Source of the DNA: a virus
Lineage: Duplodnaviria > Caudoviricetes
IMG/VR virus record: IMGVR_UViG_3300026026_000165
Span: 1-36,590 of that record
Length of the DNA: 36,590 nucleotides
Reading direction: 5' to 3' (one strand)
This document shows, piece by piece, positions 9,792 through 19,067 of the stretch; positions within the stretch are counted from its first letter, which is position 1, and every line of letters starts with the position of its first letter. Below the pieces are notes generated by a model that searched no databases, had not been told where the DNA came from, and saw only the letters and a list, made by a program, of their open reading frames with translations. The translations under genes were made by a program, and so were the position numbers.

Positions 9792-10357
9792 CAAGAGTTT
9801 TGGAAAGTAAGGTTGATTCCGATGGATTTCTGATATTAAAAGTTGAAGTTGACTATAAAAATAATAAACAAATTGAATTATATTCCGGCCCGGGCGATTG
9901 TTCAAGACCGCTTCCAGAAGATAAGGTTTTAATAATCGAAAAAGAAGGCACTGGAGAATATGCGGGAATTGCTATTTTAAACGAAGATCAATCAGAAGAT
10001 GAAGGCGAAAAAAAATTATTTTCCCGTGATGCAAATGGAAATATAAAAACATCAGTTTATTTTAAAAAAGATGGTAAATTAATTATCGATTGTGATTCTG
10101 ACATTGAAATAAAATCAGATTCAAAAATAAAAATGATGAATGGTTCTGATTTTGCAGTAAGATATTTGGAGTTAAAAACTCAATTGGATCAATTAAAACA
10201 GGATTTAAATACATTTATAAGTGTTTTTAATAATCATACTCAATCGGTATCCGGTGGAACGGCAAATGCTCCTGCAACTCCGGGGATAACTTCAAGTGTT
10301 GATTTTTCAAATTGCAAAGTAACAGATATTAATGTACCATCAAAAATGGAGGATTAA
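9779..10357 (+). CDS. Baseplate spike protein (Mu gp45-like)
   Basis: GDCSRPL, GEKKLFS and C-terminal FNNHTQ (H-x-H-like tip) motifs; position after the hub. Confidence 0.75.
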   Translation: MGRIARVLESKVDSDGFLILKVEVDYKNNKQIELYSGPGDCSRPLPEDKVLIIEKEGTGEYAGIAILNEDQSEDEGEKKLFSRDANGNIKTSVYFKKDGKLIIDCDSDIEIKSDSKIKMMNGSDFAVRYLELKTQLDQLKQDLNTFISVFNNHTQSVSGGTANAPATPGITSSVDFSNCKVTDINVPSKMED

Positions 10358-10359
10358 AA

Positions 10360-10710
10360 ATGAAAAAAGAATTTATTATAGCAATAGATTTTGACGGGAC
10401 AATAGTTAAACATAAATTTCCAGAAATTGGAGAATTAAAACCATTTGCGAAAGAAATTATAAATAAATTAATTGAAGATGGAAATTATATAATTATTTGG
10501 ACTTGTCGATATGTTAAAAAAGATTTAGAAAATATGTTTAATTTTTTAGTAAATAATGGGATTAAATTTCATAATATAAATATAAATTGCCCTAATATTG
10601 ATTTCAAGCCTATTCCAAAAATTTATGCGGATATTTATATTGATGATCGGTCATTATTTTATAAAGATGACTGGAATTTAATTTATGAAGAAATAAAAAA
10701 AAGGTATTAA
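10360..10710 (+). CDS. HAD-superfamily hydrolase/phosphatase
   Basis: IAIDFDGTIV (motif I), IIWTCR (II), K..ADIYIDDR (III/IV). Confidence 0.85.
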   Translation: MKKEFIIAIDFDGTIVKHKFPEIGELKPFAKEIINKLIEDGNYIIIWTCRYVKKDLENMFNFLVNNGIKFHNININCPNIDFKPIPKIYADIYIDDRSLFYKDDWNLIYEEIKKRY

Positions 10711-10711
10711 A

Positions 10712-11179
10712 ATGTCAGATTTTCAGGGCGATGTTTTATTATTAAATACTCAAGACGGCGGCGATATTTTATTTGATGAAAATAATTTTATCATGAATGA
10801 TACAGGATTTTCAACGGCTATTTATTTAACGCTTTTTTCAGGTAATGATGAAGACGATGGGACTGAATCAACAAAAAATAAACAGTACTGGGGAAATTTA
10901 CTTGAAAAAGATACTCCGGAAAGAAAATTGACAAGCCGTACTCAAAATTTTATGAAAGGATCGCCATTAACTCCGGGCAATTTGATCAAATTAAAAGAAC
11001 TTATTAAACAGGATTTATCATGGTTTTTATCTGAAAAAATAGTCGATAAATTTAATATAACAGCATCGATTCCATCAAAAAACAGAGTTAATATTGTTAT
11101 CGAAGGGATGAAAGATAAAAATAAAATTATTGATTTTAAATATGAATCAAATTGGTTATCGAAAGTAAATATTTATTGA
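10712..11179 (+). CDS. Baseplate protein (Mu gp46-like)
   Basis: TAIYLTLFSG, YWGN, SR and DLSWF motifs. Confidence 0.8.
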   Translation: MSDFQGDVLLLNTQDGGDILFDENNFIMNDTGFSTAIYLTLFSGNDEDDGTESTKNKQYWGNLLEKDTPERKLTSRTQNFMKGSPLTPGNLIKLKELIKQDLSWFLSEKIVDKFNITASIPSKNRVNIVIEGMKDKNKIIDFKYESNWLSKVNIY

Positions 11180-11204
11180 AATAATATTTAAAATAATTTA
11201 TAAT
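11176..11204 (+). promoter_or_regulatory. Sigma70-like promoter for the HNH gene
   Basis: TTGAAA (11176-81), 17 bp spacer, TATAAT (11199-204). Confidence 0.6.
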
Positions 11205-11222
11205 ATTATCGAGTGTGGAAAT

Positions 11223-11933
11223 ATGTTAAAAATTTGTAGTAAATGCCATGAAGAAAAAAACATAAACGAATTCCGAAAAGACAAAACAAAAAAAGATGGA
11301 TATTTTTCATCTTGTAAAAAATGTCGAGAAATTATAGACAAAAAATATAGATTAAACAATCCTAATAAGTTAAAAATATATTATAAAGAAAATAAACAAT
11401 ATTTATTAAACCAAAAAAAAGAATATTACAAAAAGAATAAAATTAAAATATTAATTAGACAAAACGAATATATAAAAAACAATCCCAATAAAAAGAAAGA
11501 AAGTGATAAAAAATATGTTAAAAATAATCTTAAAAAAATAAATAAAAAAAAATATATTTACATGAGAAAAAAGATATTAACCGATTTTAATTTCAAATTA
11601 TTAGTTAGTTTAAGGGGTAGAATTAATCAAGCATTAAAAAGAAATCAAAAATCAGGGAGAATATTGGATTTGATAGGATGCACAATTATTGAATTAAAAA
11701 AATATCTTAATATTATTGATTGGTATAGAGGAAAAGACTATAATATTGACCATATAATTCCTTGTAGTCTTTATGATTTATCCGATCCAAATGAACAAAA
11801 AAAATGTTTTAATTGGAGAAATATGAGATTTATTACAAAAAAAGAGAATACATCTAAAAAAGATAAATTAGATATTAATTTAATTAAAGAATACAAAATT
11901 GAAGATTTATTGCCAGAGGGAATATATGCTTGA
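11223..11933 (+). CDS. Free-standing HNH-type endonuclease, copy 1
   Basis: N-terminal CxxC...CxxC, Lys-rich helical linker, IDHIIP...CFNWRN......EN..K.DK. Confidence 0.8.
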   Translation: MLKICSKCHEEKNINEFRKDKTKKDGYFSSCKKCREIIDKKYRLNNPNKLKIYYKENKQYLLNQKKEYYKKNKIKILIRQNEYIKNNPNKKKESDKKYVKNNLKKINKKKYIYMRKKILTDFNFKLLVSLRGRINQALKRNQKSGRILDLIGCTIIELKKYLNIIDWYRGKDYNIDHIIPCSLYDLSDPNEQKKCFNWRNMRFITKKENTSKKDKLDINLIKEYKIEDLLPEGIYA

Positions 11934-13137
11934 AAACAGGTCAATCCAACAAATCAATGATATCTTAATTGCTCAACTCGAAGCACAAACCGCTAAAATA
12001 TTTCCGATACTTCCAAAATCATTTTTAAGAATTTTATCAAAATTACTATCAAGTGTTTTTATTATTCTCTATAAAACTTCTGGTTGGATATTTTTACAAA
12101 TATTTGTTTCAACGGCAAGTTTTAAGCCGATAACAATTTTAGGAAAAACAATAACTCCACTTATAGAATGGGGGCGACTTGTTGGTATAGGTGATCCTGA
12201 ACCTGCAACGGCAGCAGAAATTACGGTTTTAGTAAATGTTAATGATATTGGGTCGATTTTATATGCAGGAACTCAATGGATTTCAAATATAAATAATGTT
12301 GTATATATCAATCAAGAAAATTATACTCTCGATGTGGCTACAAAATCAATAAATTTAATCGCAGTAACTCCGGGTGTTATTGGCAATTTAGCGATTTCGG
12401 ATGTTGTTTCACTAACTTCAACTCTTGGAATTATTGAAAATGATGCTGCAATTACGGCAATAATTACAATTGCGGTTGATTCTGAAAATGAAGTTGATTA
12501 TCGTCAAAGGGTTTCTGAAAGATTTCAATTACAACCACAGGGCGGAGCTTATGCAGATTATAGAATATGGGGTTCAGCCGTTCCTGGAGTAGAACAAATA
12601 TACGTTTATACTGGCGATATTCCTACAGAAGTTTTAATTTATGTTTCGGGTGATCCTGATTTATATACGGACCGAATACCAAATTCAGCATTATTATTAG
12701 CAGTTGGTAATGTGATTGATTTTAATCCTGATACTGGAAAAGCAGATCGCAGGCCGATTGGAGCAATTATTGATCCGGACGGTGATTTAAGTTATGGTAA
12801 TGTGAAAGCAATTACAATTAAGACATTTGATATTGAGATTACTCAATTAGTCGTTGATGATATTTCTACTGTAAATTCGGCAATAAAAACAGCATTAGAA
12901 GATTATATGTTTGAAAGAGAACAATATATTGAAGGTTTAAGTTTACCGCCGAAAAAAAACACAATTACTCAAGCAAATGTTATTGGAATTATCAATGATA
13001 TTGTCAGAGCATATTCAGGAACATTTTTAACGGCAATTATCAGTATTTCAGGCGTTATATCAACAAATTATTCATTATTGGAAGGCGAGTTAGCAAAATT
13101 AGGAACACTAGAAGTAAATGGAGTGCCAGTAACATGA
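11926..13137 (+). CDS. Baseplate J-like wedge protein (Mu gp47-like)
   Basis: Start ATG 11926 (MLENRS) after GAGGG; L.EWG..VG, E...YRQRV and PQGGA.ADY..W motifs. Confidence 0.9.
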   Translation: MLENRSIQQINDILIAQLEAQTAKIFPILPKSFLRILSKLLSSVFIILYKTSGWIFLQIFVSTASFKPITILGKTITPLIEWGRLVGIGDPEPATAAEITVLVNVNDIGSILYAGTQWISNINNVVYINQENYTLDVATKSINLIAVTPGVIGNLAISDVVSLTSTLGIIENDAAITAIITIAVDSENEVDYRQRVSERFQLQPQGGAYADYRIWGSAVPGVEQIYVYTGDIPTEVLIYVSGDPDLYTDRIPNSALLLAVGNVIDFNPDTGKADRRPIGAIIDPDGDLSYGNVKAITIKTFDIEITQLVVDDISTVNSAIKTALEDYMFEREQYIEGLSLPPKKNTITQANVIGIINDIVRAYSGTFLTAIISISGVISTNYSLLEGELAKLGTLEVNGVPVT

Positions 13138-13271
13138 TATTTATAAGAGAAAGAGATTTAATTGATATTAATTATAGAAAAATAAGGATATTTATATTTA
13201 AAACTAAATTAAATAAAATAGCACAATTTGTTTTATGTTTCTTTAAATGGAGAATTTCAATTGGCATTTAA
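13134..13271 (+). CDS. Small 45-aa hypothetical protein (MIFIRERDL...), not in ORF track
   Basis: ATG overlaps the baseplate J stop (ATGA), GGAG upstream, fills the intergenic gap and overlaps the next gene start. Confidence 0.4.
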   Translation: MIFIRERDLIDINYRKIRIFIFKTKLNKIAQFVLCFFKWRISIGI

Positions 13272-14073
13272 CCGTAAATATTTTAATTTATTTAAATATC
13301 TTCTTCCAAAAGCAGACGCATTTAAAATATTTATACAGAAGCCATTGACAAAATTTTTTGAAGGATTGACTGCTTTACCCGATGATTTTAGAACATTTAT
13401 CGAAAATATTTATATGGATTTATTCCCGAATTCAACACGATCAATAGAATTATGGGAAGAACAATTTGGTATCAGGAATCCATCAAGCGATATGGTTATC
13501 CGGAAAAGTACTATTGATCTTGCCTGGAAATTAAAAGGCGGTCAATCCGCAAATTATTTGCAAGAAAAACTTATTGAAGCAGGGTTTACAGAATTATTAG
13601 TTCATGAGAATAATCCAGAAGCGGATCCTGATAATTTTTTGTCGGATGTCTTTCTCATGACTTGCGGAAATTCCTGGGCTGTTTGTGGTAATGATGATGC
13701 GTTCGCTGGTAAAACAGGCGGATATGTTCTCGCAAATGGATATTTACCGGCTGCATCTGATGTCAGAGATTTTCTTGCTGTTTGCGGTGGGAATATGTGG
13801 ACTCCAACATATTGCGATCAGACTGAAGCAGTTTGTGGATATTTTGAACAATATATTTTAGAGCCGAAAACTTATCCAATCCCGAATGATCCCGATATTT
13901 GGGGAGCTATTTTTTTTATAGGTGGTGAAGTTACTCGTGATCCAGTAACGCACAAAATAACAGATATTGCAAAAGTGGTTATTAGCGTTGATAGAAGACA
14001 AGAATTAGAAAATTTAATTTTAAAAATAAAACCAGTTCAAACTTGGGCAGGTATGATTATTGATTATGCATAG
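13261..14073 (+). CDS. Baseplate wedge protein (Mu gp48-like)
   Basis: Likely TTG start at 13261 after GGAGA; LLP, WEEQFG, GGQS..Y and KIKP.QT motifs. Confidence 0.75.
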   Translation: MAFNRKYFNLFKYLLPKADAFKIFIQKPLTKFFEGLTALPDDFRTFIENIYMDLFPNSTRSIELWEEQFGIRNPSSDMVIRKSTIDLAWKLKGGQSANYLQEKLIEAGFTELLVHENNPEADPDNFLSDVFLMTCGNSWAVCGNDDAFAGKTGGYVLANGYLPAASDVRDFLAVCGGNMWTPTYCDQTEAVCGYFEQYILEPKTYPIPNDPDIWGAIFFIGGEVTRDPVTHKITDIAKVVISVDRRQELENLILKIKPVQTWAGMIIDYA

Positions 14074-14082
14074 GAGTAATAT

Positions 14083-15522
14083 ATGTATGACTTATTGGCA
14101 ACATTTGTAAATACAAACGGACTTGCTTTTCCAAACACGGCAGCGGTAAATTCATCCGGTGGAGGTGCTACAGATGGAACTGAATTTGTTAAAGCATTTG
14201 TTGATGATATTTGGGGTATGATGGAAGATATTCTCGATTATACAGATGATTCACCAAATGGATCTTCAGAGGTCGGAGCCAGCCAAATTTTAAATTCTAT
14301 TAAAAAAATAACTTCAAATATAACAGAAATTTCATCAAATACTACTCATACAGTTGAAGCATGGAATAAGAGATCAATGTTAAGCCTTGAAACTGGATGT
14401 ACTATAGCCAGACTTGTTGGAGGTACTGGAGCAAATCGAAGTAATAGACTTTTTGTATATAATAATACAGGCGTGACTTGTGAAGCTGATTATGGAGCAT
14501 CCGTAAATGTTGAAGAAATTATAATGCAAATCGGTCAATGGATTGAATTTGAATATGATGATGATGCGGCAAAATTTAAATTTATAAAATCAAATCAAGA
14601 AATATTTTTTACAAAGGTCGCAGATTTTACTATAGGCGATTGGGTACCGGATAAATCGACATTCATAATAAATCCAAATACTGCAAGTCAACGAGGTAAA
14701 TTAAGAGCAACATTGCCAGTAATTGCAAATAATATTGGAAAAACAATAACTTTTATATATGGTGAATCAGGAAATACGGACGGAGGTTTGATAGATATTT
14801 ATTGTAATGGCGGAACTTCGAATATAAGATTAGATGATTCATTGATTCCATTATTATATCTATATATGCCTGGAAATTCAGTAACGCTATATAATAATGG
14901 CGTTTCATGGGGAATAAAAGAAAAAAATATCTATTTAAATACTAATTTAATTTCTCAACTTATATACTCAAATTCTTCTATAGGATTATGCAAAGTTAAT
15001 TATAAAACAAAATCAGCAAATACTACGGTTGCAGGGATGACAGTTGTAGAAACAGGTGGAAATGCAAATAAGATGGTAGTGTTATATGACTCGGCGCCTA
15101 CAGGAGCATCAGGATATATATTAGGATATGGACTAACTTCAGGAACGCCCGCAGGCCAGGGAGTATTTGCAAATAATGCAACATTAACATTTTCTGATGG
15201 AAAAACAGCTGCAGTTGACCAAGGAACTGGAACTAACAAAAATATAGCGTCTATTATCTACCATGGTTTATCAGTTACGCAATTAAAAAATTTTTCTGTA
15301 AAAATGTATTTATCTGTGAATTCAAATGAATCGGATTCACAAGAAATACCAATAGGCGTTAATGTTGGATCTAGCAATGGCATTAGTATAGTAAAAATAG
15401 ATAGTAATTCATTTTATGCGAAATCTGATTCAAATGGTGCTGGACAGGCATATCAAGGTGCTAGCACTAGCACATTAACATCATATGAATCATTTTTCAG
15501 AATTATTATGGAACTTATATAG
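14083..15522 (+). CDS. Tail fibre / receptor-binding protein
   Basis: After the baseplate genes; DGT......DDIWG....L....PNG..E...SQ.L..I N-terminal anchor; G/S/N/T-rich beta C-terminus. Confidence 0.75.
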   Translation: MYDLLATFVNTNGLAFPNTAAVNSSGGGATDGTEFVKAFVDDIWGMMEDILDYTDDSPNGSSEVGASQILNSIKKITSNITEISSNTTHTVEAWNKRSMLSLETGCTIARLVGGTGANRSNRLFVYNNTGVTCEADYGASVNVEEIIMQIGQWIEFEYDDDAAKFKFIKSNQEIFFTKVADFTIGDWVPDKSTFIINPNTASQRGKLRATLPVIANNIGKTITFIYGESGNTDGGLIDIYCNGGTSNIRLDDSLIPLLYLYMPGNSVTLYNNGVSWGIKEKNIYLNTNLISQLIYSNSSIGLCKVNYKTKSANTTVAGMTVVETGGNANKMVVLYDSAPTGASGYILGYGLTSGTPAGQGVFANNATLTFSDGKTAAVDQGTGTNKNIASIIYHGLSVTQLKNFSVKMYLSVNSNESDSQEIPIGVNVGSSNGISIVKIDSNSFYAKSDSNGAGQAYQGASTSTLTSYESFFRIIMELI

Positions 15523-15532
15523 GGGATAAATT

Positions 15533-16027
15533 ATGGAATATGCAAAAATTGATTTAAACAACAATATTCTGGAAATTGTCGATTCAAAAGAAGATGAAAA
15601 TTGCCTTGAAATTGGCAAGGATATTTTTTGGAAAGTTGATGTAAAAAGGAGTGGAAAAGTAAAAACTATATTTGTCAATGAAATGCTTGAAAATGGTAAA
15701 GAATCAGTTATGAAATTTTATGATAACCTTTCTGAATTAAAATTATCAGAAGAAAATGGAATTAAAACAATACGGTACAAAACTGATGAAGAAAAACAAT
15801 TAGAAAATATAAAAATAGTTCAGCAAAAAATATTAAATGGATTACAGCCGTTAATGAATGCTATGAATTTTCAGGAAAATTCTATTATAAAAGGTGCTGA
15901 TAATAAAAATAAATTATTTTCTGATAAACAGATAAAAGATTTTGGAAATTATATAGGTGAAATTGCTAACGGAAATATTGAAGCAGTTATTCCAGAATTA
16001 CCTGAAGGATATAAAAATATTTTATAA
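15533..16027 (+). CDS. Putative tail fibre assembly chaperone
   Basis: Follows the fibre gene; MEYAKID.NN.I start and PELP C-terminus. Confidence 0.5.
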   Translation: MEYAKIDLNNNILEIVDSKEDENCLEIGKDIFWKVDVKRSGKVKTIFVNEMLENGKESVMKFYDNLSELKLSEENGIKTIRYKTDEEKQLENIKIVQQKILNGLQPLMNAMNFQENSIIKGADNKNKLFSDKQIKDFGNYIGEIANGNIEAVIPELPEGYKNIL

Positions 16028-16036
16028 GGATTTAAA

Positions 16037-16279
16037 ATGACTGAAAAATCTGATTTTGAAGGCAAAATTTGTAAAATTGAATCTACAATAGAAAAAGGAT
16101 TTGATAATATAAATCGAAAAATGGATAAACAATTTGAAAAATATGATAAAATTTCAGATGAAGTTATTAAACATGGTGTAAAATTAGGAATAATGTGGTC
16201 ATTTCTATTCGGAGGATTTACGTTGACTGCGGTAATCAGCATCGGAGTTGCATTATTTTTGAAATTTATAATTAAATAG
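16037..16279 (+). CDS. Holin-like protein (coiled coil plus C-terminal TM helix)
   Basis: 80 aa, single hydrophobic C-terminal segment, immediately before the endolysin. Confidence 0.5.
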   Translation: MTEKSDFEGKICKIESTIEKGFDNINRKMDKQFEKYDKISDEVIKHGVKLGIMWSFLFGGFTLTAVISIGVALFLKFIIK

Positions 16280-16288
16280 GAGCTAATT

Positions 16289-16795
16289 ATGCAAATTAGA
16301 AGATATAATTTTGATAATGTTGAAAATACAAAACAAGCAATAATTAAAGAATGTATAAAACAAGAAATAATTCTAAAAACTCAACAAGCATATATTTTGG
16401 CTACAATTCAATGGGAAACTGCAAATACTTTTAAACCGGTCCAGGAAGCATTTTGGAAAAAAACAGATGCAGAAGAATGGCGAAAATTAAATTTACGATA
16501 TTATCCCTTTTATGGAAGAGGATTTATTCAAATTACATGGAAGAAAAATTATCAGATTTTTTCTGATATTTTAGGAGTTGACCTTGTCTATAATCCGGAT
16601 CTTTGTTTGGATCCGGACATATCATTATTTATTGCAATTTATGGATTTAAAAACGGTGTTTTTACTGGAGTTAATATTGAAAAATATATCAATGAAAATC
16701 AAACGGATTATTTAAACGCCCGGAAATGTATAAATGGTATGGACAAAGCAAAAGAAATTAGCGATATCGCAAAAATATATCTTAATAAATTATAA
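16289..16795 (+). CDS. Endolysin, glycoside hydrolase family 19-like
   Basis: AYILATIQWET, FYGRGFIQITW..NY and AR..ING motifs. Confidence 0.85.
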   Translation: MQIRRYNFDNVENTKQAIIKECIKQEIILKTQQAYILATIQWETANTFKPVQEAFWKKTDAEEWRKLNLRYYPFYGRGFIQITWKKNYQIFSDILGVDLVYNPDLCLDPDISLFIAIYGFKNGVFTGVNIEKYINENQTDYLNARKCINGMDKAKEISDIAKIYLNKL

Positions 16796-16806
16796 AGGAG
16801 TTATTT

Positions 16807-17151
16807 ATGTGGGAATTTTATCAAAGCATTATAAATATTTTTATTGATCTCTCGGCAAGAGGTATAAATTTAATCAGCATCGCATTAACTATTTTTATAG
16901 TTCATATTTTGAAAACAATTTTTGATAAATTTCAGTTTTATAATGATAAAACAGGTAGTTTAATAAATATTATTTTGGGATTTATTATTTCTCTTGGATT
17001 TTCGTTATTATTTTATTTAACTGCTTTTCGAGTTATAAAGGATTTAAATTTTAATATTATTTTAACTACGATAATCGGCGGCGGTTTAGCAGTTTATTCC
17101 AGAGAAATCATCGACGCAGTTTTAAAAATCATTCAAAAAAAGACTTCATAA
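16807..17151 (+). CDS. Putative holin (3 TM segments)
   Basis: 114 aa, three hydrophobic stretches, basic C-terminus, after the endolysin; AAGGAG RBS. Confidence 0.65.
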   Translation: MWEFYQSIINIFIDLSARGINLISIALTIFIVHILKTIFDKFQFYNDKTGSLINIILGFIISLGFSLLFYLTAFRVIKDLNFNIILTTIIGGGLAVYSREIIDAVLKIIQKKTS

Positions 17152-17211
17152 AAAAATTATCCTCCTAAGATAATTTGTGTTATAGATGGTTTGTTTACTC
17201 CTTTCCATCGG

Positions 17212-17241
17212 CGGTGTATGATTTATTATACACCGTTTTTT
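17212..17241 (+). terminator. Intrinsic terminator ending the late arm
   Basis: CGGTGTAT...ATACACCG followed by TTTTTT, overlapping the YopX stop on the opposite strand. Confidence 0.7.
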
Positions 17242-17612
17242 AATAATTCTGAATTTTCATAAATGTTGCCGATTATTTCTGATTTATTAAAATCTATTTT
17301 TGTGATTAAGCAAGATGCTTTTTGATTCTCAACTCCGCGAAAACATCCATCATCGTCAAATATGACATGATATTTAATCTTTGTCATTTCACTAATAACA
17401 ACATCTCCCTCATAAATCTCTTTTCCGTTTTTATCCTTTAATCCGGTATATTGCATGATTTCAAAATCATTTGCCCTATATGTCCCATCATTAGATGAAA
17501 ATTGCAAATGTCCATCAACTGTCAAAACAATCATTTCGCCATTTTCAAGATTACTATCATAATACATTTTTTTCGATAATTTATCATATACACGAAATTT
17601 ATTTTCTCTCAT
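17226..17612 (-). CDS. yopX: YopX family protein, copy 1
   Basis: MRE.KFR.YD, MQYTGLKDKNGKEIYEGD and EIIGNIYEN.ELL motifs. Confidence 0.9.
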   Translation of the reverse strand: MRENKFRVYDKLSKKMYYDSNLENGEMIVLTVDGHLQFSSNDGTYRANDFEIMQYTGLKDKNGKEIYEGDVVISEMTKIKYHVIFDDDGCFRGVENQKASCLITKIDFNKSEIIGNIYENSELLKNGV

Positions 17613-17768
17613 ATTTTTCCTTATTATATTTTGATTCTGATAATTTCGACCTTATATAATTATGCAATGTATTCCCTACCGCATCCAATTCATAATCATC
17701 TTTATATTTTACAGATGGTACTGGAATTTTAAAAATATATCTATTTAAACATTTTAATATAAAACGTC

Positions 17769-18470
17769 TCATATTATCTCCCTCATTCTTAAAAGTTTAT
17801 CGATCTGGCTATTATAAATTTGCTGAAAATCCCTGCAAGGTTTCTGAATCGCCGGTGCAAGCATCGGATTACTTTTTACCCGAGTAAAAGTTTTACTTAA
17901 ATTATAAATATGCCTTGTTGTAAAATGAACTCCACTTTTACTTTTAACAACGTTTTTAATTTCATAAATATTTTTATTATAATGCAAAAACATACCCATA
18001 GTTTTCGCACGCATAACCGTTGCAATCAAAGCGGCCTTCCTGGATCCTTTTCTTTTTGAAAATTTAATAGTTCTTTTTTTAATTGATTTTAAATACATAT
18101 TTTTTGATATTAAATTTCTTTTATTTCCTGCCCTGGATTCATTCTGACCGATCGCAAGTGTATTGCCTCGTTTTGGTTTTCTTAATCCGGAATTTTCCTG
18201 TAATTCCATATAAGGGATTTTATCGCTCGCTCCTACATGAGATTCCATTAAAGAAATATCATCACCTTCAGCCTTATCAACTCTGATATTTCTTACAGTA
18301 TAATTATTACGAAGAATTAAATTATCGTTTGCTTTTTGGATATAATTCTTCCTCGATACAAATGCTATTACATTCAGTGTGTTTTTTGTAGCTATTGAAT
18401 TTGCTTTCTTAATGTCAATAAATCCTCGGTTTAATTTTTCTTCATCAAATTTAAATGTGATTAATGACAT
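17769..18470 (-). CDS. Basic protein, possibly neck/tail completion (lambda gpZ / HK97 gp10-like)
   Basis: 233 aa, very basic; A.K.TLN..A, RN.YT.R.I.V.KA, YM.LQE..G and P.L.PA pattern. Confidence 0.4.
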   Translation of the reverse strand: MSLITFKFDEEKLNRGFIDIKKANSIATKNTLNVIAFVSRKNYIQKANDNLILRNNYTVRNIRVDKAEGDDISLMESHVGASDKIPYMELQENSGLRKPKRGNTLAIGQNESRAGNKRNLISKNMYLKSIKKRTIKFSKRKGSRKAALIATVMRAKTMGMFLHYNKNIYEIKNVVKSKSGVHFTTRHIYNLSKTFTRVKSNPMLAPAIQKPCRDFQQIYNSQIDKLLRMREII

Positions 18471-18474
18471 TTAT

Positions 18475-18657
18475 TTACCTCAATATATTTGTTAAAATCA
18501 AAAGTATCAATAATATCACCACTGCAATAAAGCATATATTTCTTTGAACTATTACAGTAAAAGCGATCTTTTTTGTTTTTCTGAAAAATTCACCAACTTC
18601 CCTTTTCATAGTATTCCTATGAATTTTACGATATTTTTTTTCTGCTTTATTACTCAT
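18475..18657 (-). CDS. Small basic protein with C-terminal TM helix
   Basis: 60 aa; ATGA overlap with the upstream YopX. Confidence 0.55.
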   Translation of the reverse strand: MSNKAEKKYRKIHRNTMKREVGEFFRKTKKIAFTVIVQRNICFIAVVILLILLILTNILR

Positions 18658-19067
18658 TTAATATTCTCCAAAAGTTCAGGATTTTCATAAATATTGCCGA
18701 TGATTTCAAAAACATATTCGCTTTCCATGGCCCAATCGATAAGCCATAATTCCCCATTTTCAAAATCGCCGGCAACAATGCCCCTTTCCATTACTTCGCT
18801 TATTTGTGCTTCTTTTGAGAAGGCCAGTTCCTCATTATCGTTTTCCGCCCAATTCATATCATCACGATATTCGAACTTAACAATATCACCTTCATAAATC
18901 TCTTTTCCATTTTTATCTTTTAATCCTGTGTATTGTAATAATCCAACCGTCTTATCAAAATGTTCGCCTTCATTAATTCTTAATCCGGTATCTAATATTC
19001 TAAAATCCCACACATCAAACATTATTCTTTTAACATTATCCCATGCTTTAAATTTAATTTCTCTCAT
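18654..19067 (-). CDS. yopX: YopX family protein, copy 2
   Basis: MREIKFKAWD, QYTGLKDKNGKEIYEGDIV and EIIGNIYENPELL motifs. Confidence 0.9.
   Translation of the reverse strand: MREIKFKAWDNVKRIMFDVWDFRILDTGLRINEGEHFDKTVGLLQYTGLKDKNGKEIYEGDIVKFEYRDDMNWAENDNEELAFSKEAQISEVMERGIVAGDFENGELWLIDWAMESEYVFEIIGNIYENPELLENIK

Noticed and set aside
11180-11933. Group I intron around the HNH gene
   Set aside because: The flanking gp46- and gp47-like genes look complete, and only 43 nt of AT-rich spacer is present, leaving no room for a ribozyme core.
14083-15522. Diversity-generating retroelement or invertible tail fibre cassette
   Set aside because: No reverse transcriptase, invertase or template repeat seen in the window.
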